The notes below the pieces were generated by a model that did not search any database, was not told the origin of the DNA, and saw only the letters and a program-made list of their open reading frames with translations. A program made the position numbers and the translations under genes. From an uncultured Eubacteriales bacterium (lineage in GTDB: Bacteria > Bacillota > Clostridia > TANB77 > UBA1234), in NCBI GenBank assembly GCA_959598745.1, contig CAUGFN010000001.1, forward strand, positions 3,713 through 67,712: a stretch of DNA of 64,000 nt, in the 5' to 3' direction. Every line of letters begins with the position of its first letter. Positions within the stretch are counted from its first letter, which is position 1. Below are positions 63,000 to 64,000 of this stretch, one piece after another.

Positions 63000-63202
63000 A
63001 AATGTAGAATTTATTGAACTTCTATTATTAAACAGAAAATGTTTAATGATAGAAGTTCTTTTTACTTAAATCTCTATTAATGCATTAATAGAGATGATTA
63101 TACTAAAAATGATAAAAGATTTATGCAAAAATCAAAGCCATATAACCACTTGAAATTTAAGGCTTTTTATGACATAATGTAGTTGTTATAAGGAGAATTG
63201 AT

Positions 63203-64000
63203 ATGAAAGAAAGAGATTTTAAATCGTTAGAATACAATAAAATAAAGGATAAAGTAAGTGAAAAATGTGTTACATATCTTGGAAAAGAACTAGTAAAAGA
63301 ACTTATTCCATCAACTGAAATTTATAGAGTGAAAAAGTGGCAAAAAGAGACAACAGAGGCAGTATCTATTTTACTTAGAAAAGGCGAAGCACCACTATTT
63401 AGTGTGCCTAATTTTGATGAGACATTTAAAAAGATTAATGTTGTCGCAATGCTTAATATGAAGGAGCTTTTACAAATTGCAACTTTGCTTTCTAATATGA
63501 AGAGGCTTAAAAATTATTTTAAGAATGATGATATTAATGATTCTGACTTTGAGATTGTTTCGGAATATTTTGAAAATTTATATTCTAATCCAAACGTAGA
63601 AAATGAAATTTTTAGGTGTATAAAATCAGAGGAATTGATGGATGACAGAGCAAGCAAAGCTTTGTATGATATAAGACGTCAAATAAATGACAGTGAATCA
63701 AAGATAAAAGAAAAATTGAATAATTTAATAAAGTCTAGTACTACATCAAAGTATTTACAAGATGCAGTTGTTACTTTTAGAAATGATAGATATGTTATTC
63801 CGATTAAGCAAGAATATAGAAATGAGATTCCTGGATTGGTGCATGATTCTTCAGCTTCTGGAAACACAATATTCGTAGAACCAACAGCTGTGTTTAATAT
63901 AAATAATGAGATAAAAGAATTGAAGATAAAGGAACAATTAGAAATTGAAAGAATTTTGGCTCTTTTAACACAAATGGTTTTACCTATAGTTGAAGATATA
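63203..64000 (+). CDS. mutS2: Endonuclease MutS2, 3'-truncated at window edge
   Basis: ATG at 63203 after AAGGAG. N-terminal MKERDFKSLEYNKIKDKVSEKC... matches MutS2. The reading frame is open to the end of the window. Confidence 0.8.
   Translation, partial: MKERDFKSLEYNKIKDKVSEKCVTYLGKELVKELIPSTEIYRVKKWQKETTEAVSILLRKGEAPLFSVPNFDETFKKINVVAMLNMKELLQIATLLSNMKRLKNYFKNDDINDSDFEIVSEYFENLYSNPNVENEIFRCIKSEELMDDRASKALYDIRRQINDSESKIKEKLNNLIKSSTTSKYLQDAVVTFRNDRYVIPIKQEYRNEIPGLVHDSSASGNTIFVEPTAVFNINNEIKELKIKEQLEIERILALLTQMVLPIVEDI

Noticed and set aside
1-64000. CRISPR arrays, IS elements, integrases and obvious prophage structural genes
   Set aside because: No regularly spaced direct repeats and no transposase or integrase-like ORFs were found on inspection.

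Overview
Low-GC (about 30%) chromosomal segment from a spore-forming Clostridia-like Firmicute, almost entirely + strand. The recognisable core genome is: valS (5'-truncated), carD/cdnL, rny-ymdB-spoVS, a family-5 ABC substrate-binding protein, recA-recX (LexA/Cheo box in the recA promoter), punA, scpA, a patatin-like lipase, ytfJ/gerW, trmB, a znuC/znuB-like metal ABC pair (ATPase frameshifted), an ECF sigma factor translationally coupled to a membrane beta-propeller protein, a polysaccharide deacetylase, an M14 gamma-D-Glu-diamino-acid endopeptidase pseudogene (two frameshifts), a tandem-OB SSB-like gene, rnhB, rsmD, hrcA (two CIRCE operators)-grpE-dnaK-dnaJ, rsmE, yicC, remA, rpoZ (no gmk), secA, prfB (programmed +1 frameshift), polC, hpf, a 1435-aa CoA-enzyme-activase fusion, gltX, an orphan 5S rRNA plus tRNA-Asn(GTT) unit, and 5'-mutS2. 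No CRISPR array, transposase or integrase was seen. The most striking non-housekeeping signal is a set of six compositionally foreign ORFan cassettes (by eye about 40-50% GC, G/C-rich third codon positions, against roughly 30% background). Each has its own near-consensus sigma-A promoter, a strong RBS and a terminator. They sit at about 2.6-3.0, 28.5-29.9, 46.0-46.4, 54.3-54.7 and 59.3-60.1 kb. One of them is bicistronic and encodes two HTH/coiled-coil proteins. I recognise no known family for any of the six products; they are the best candidates for something undescribed. Other points worth a second look are a RhuM-family gene that lies with one of these ORFans in the normally tight secA-prfB junction, a 750-nt ORF-free region upstream of polC with a GC-rich patch, nested inverted repeats and a possible 23-aa hydrophobic peptide gene, a Cys/His-rich KDHC-repeat protein, and SGD/SGE-repeat surface proteins. 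All calls rest on reading the sequence and on recall of protein families; no database search was run.
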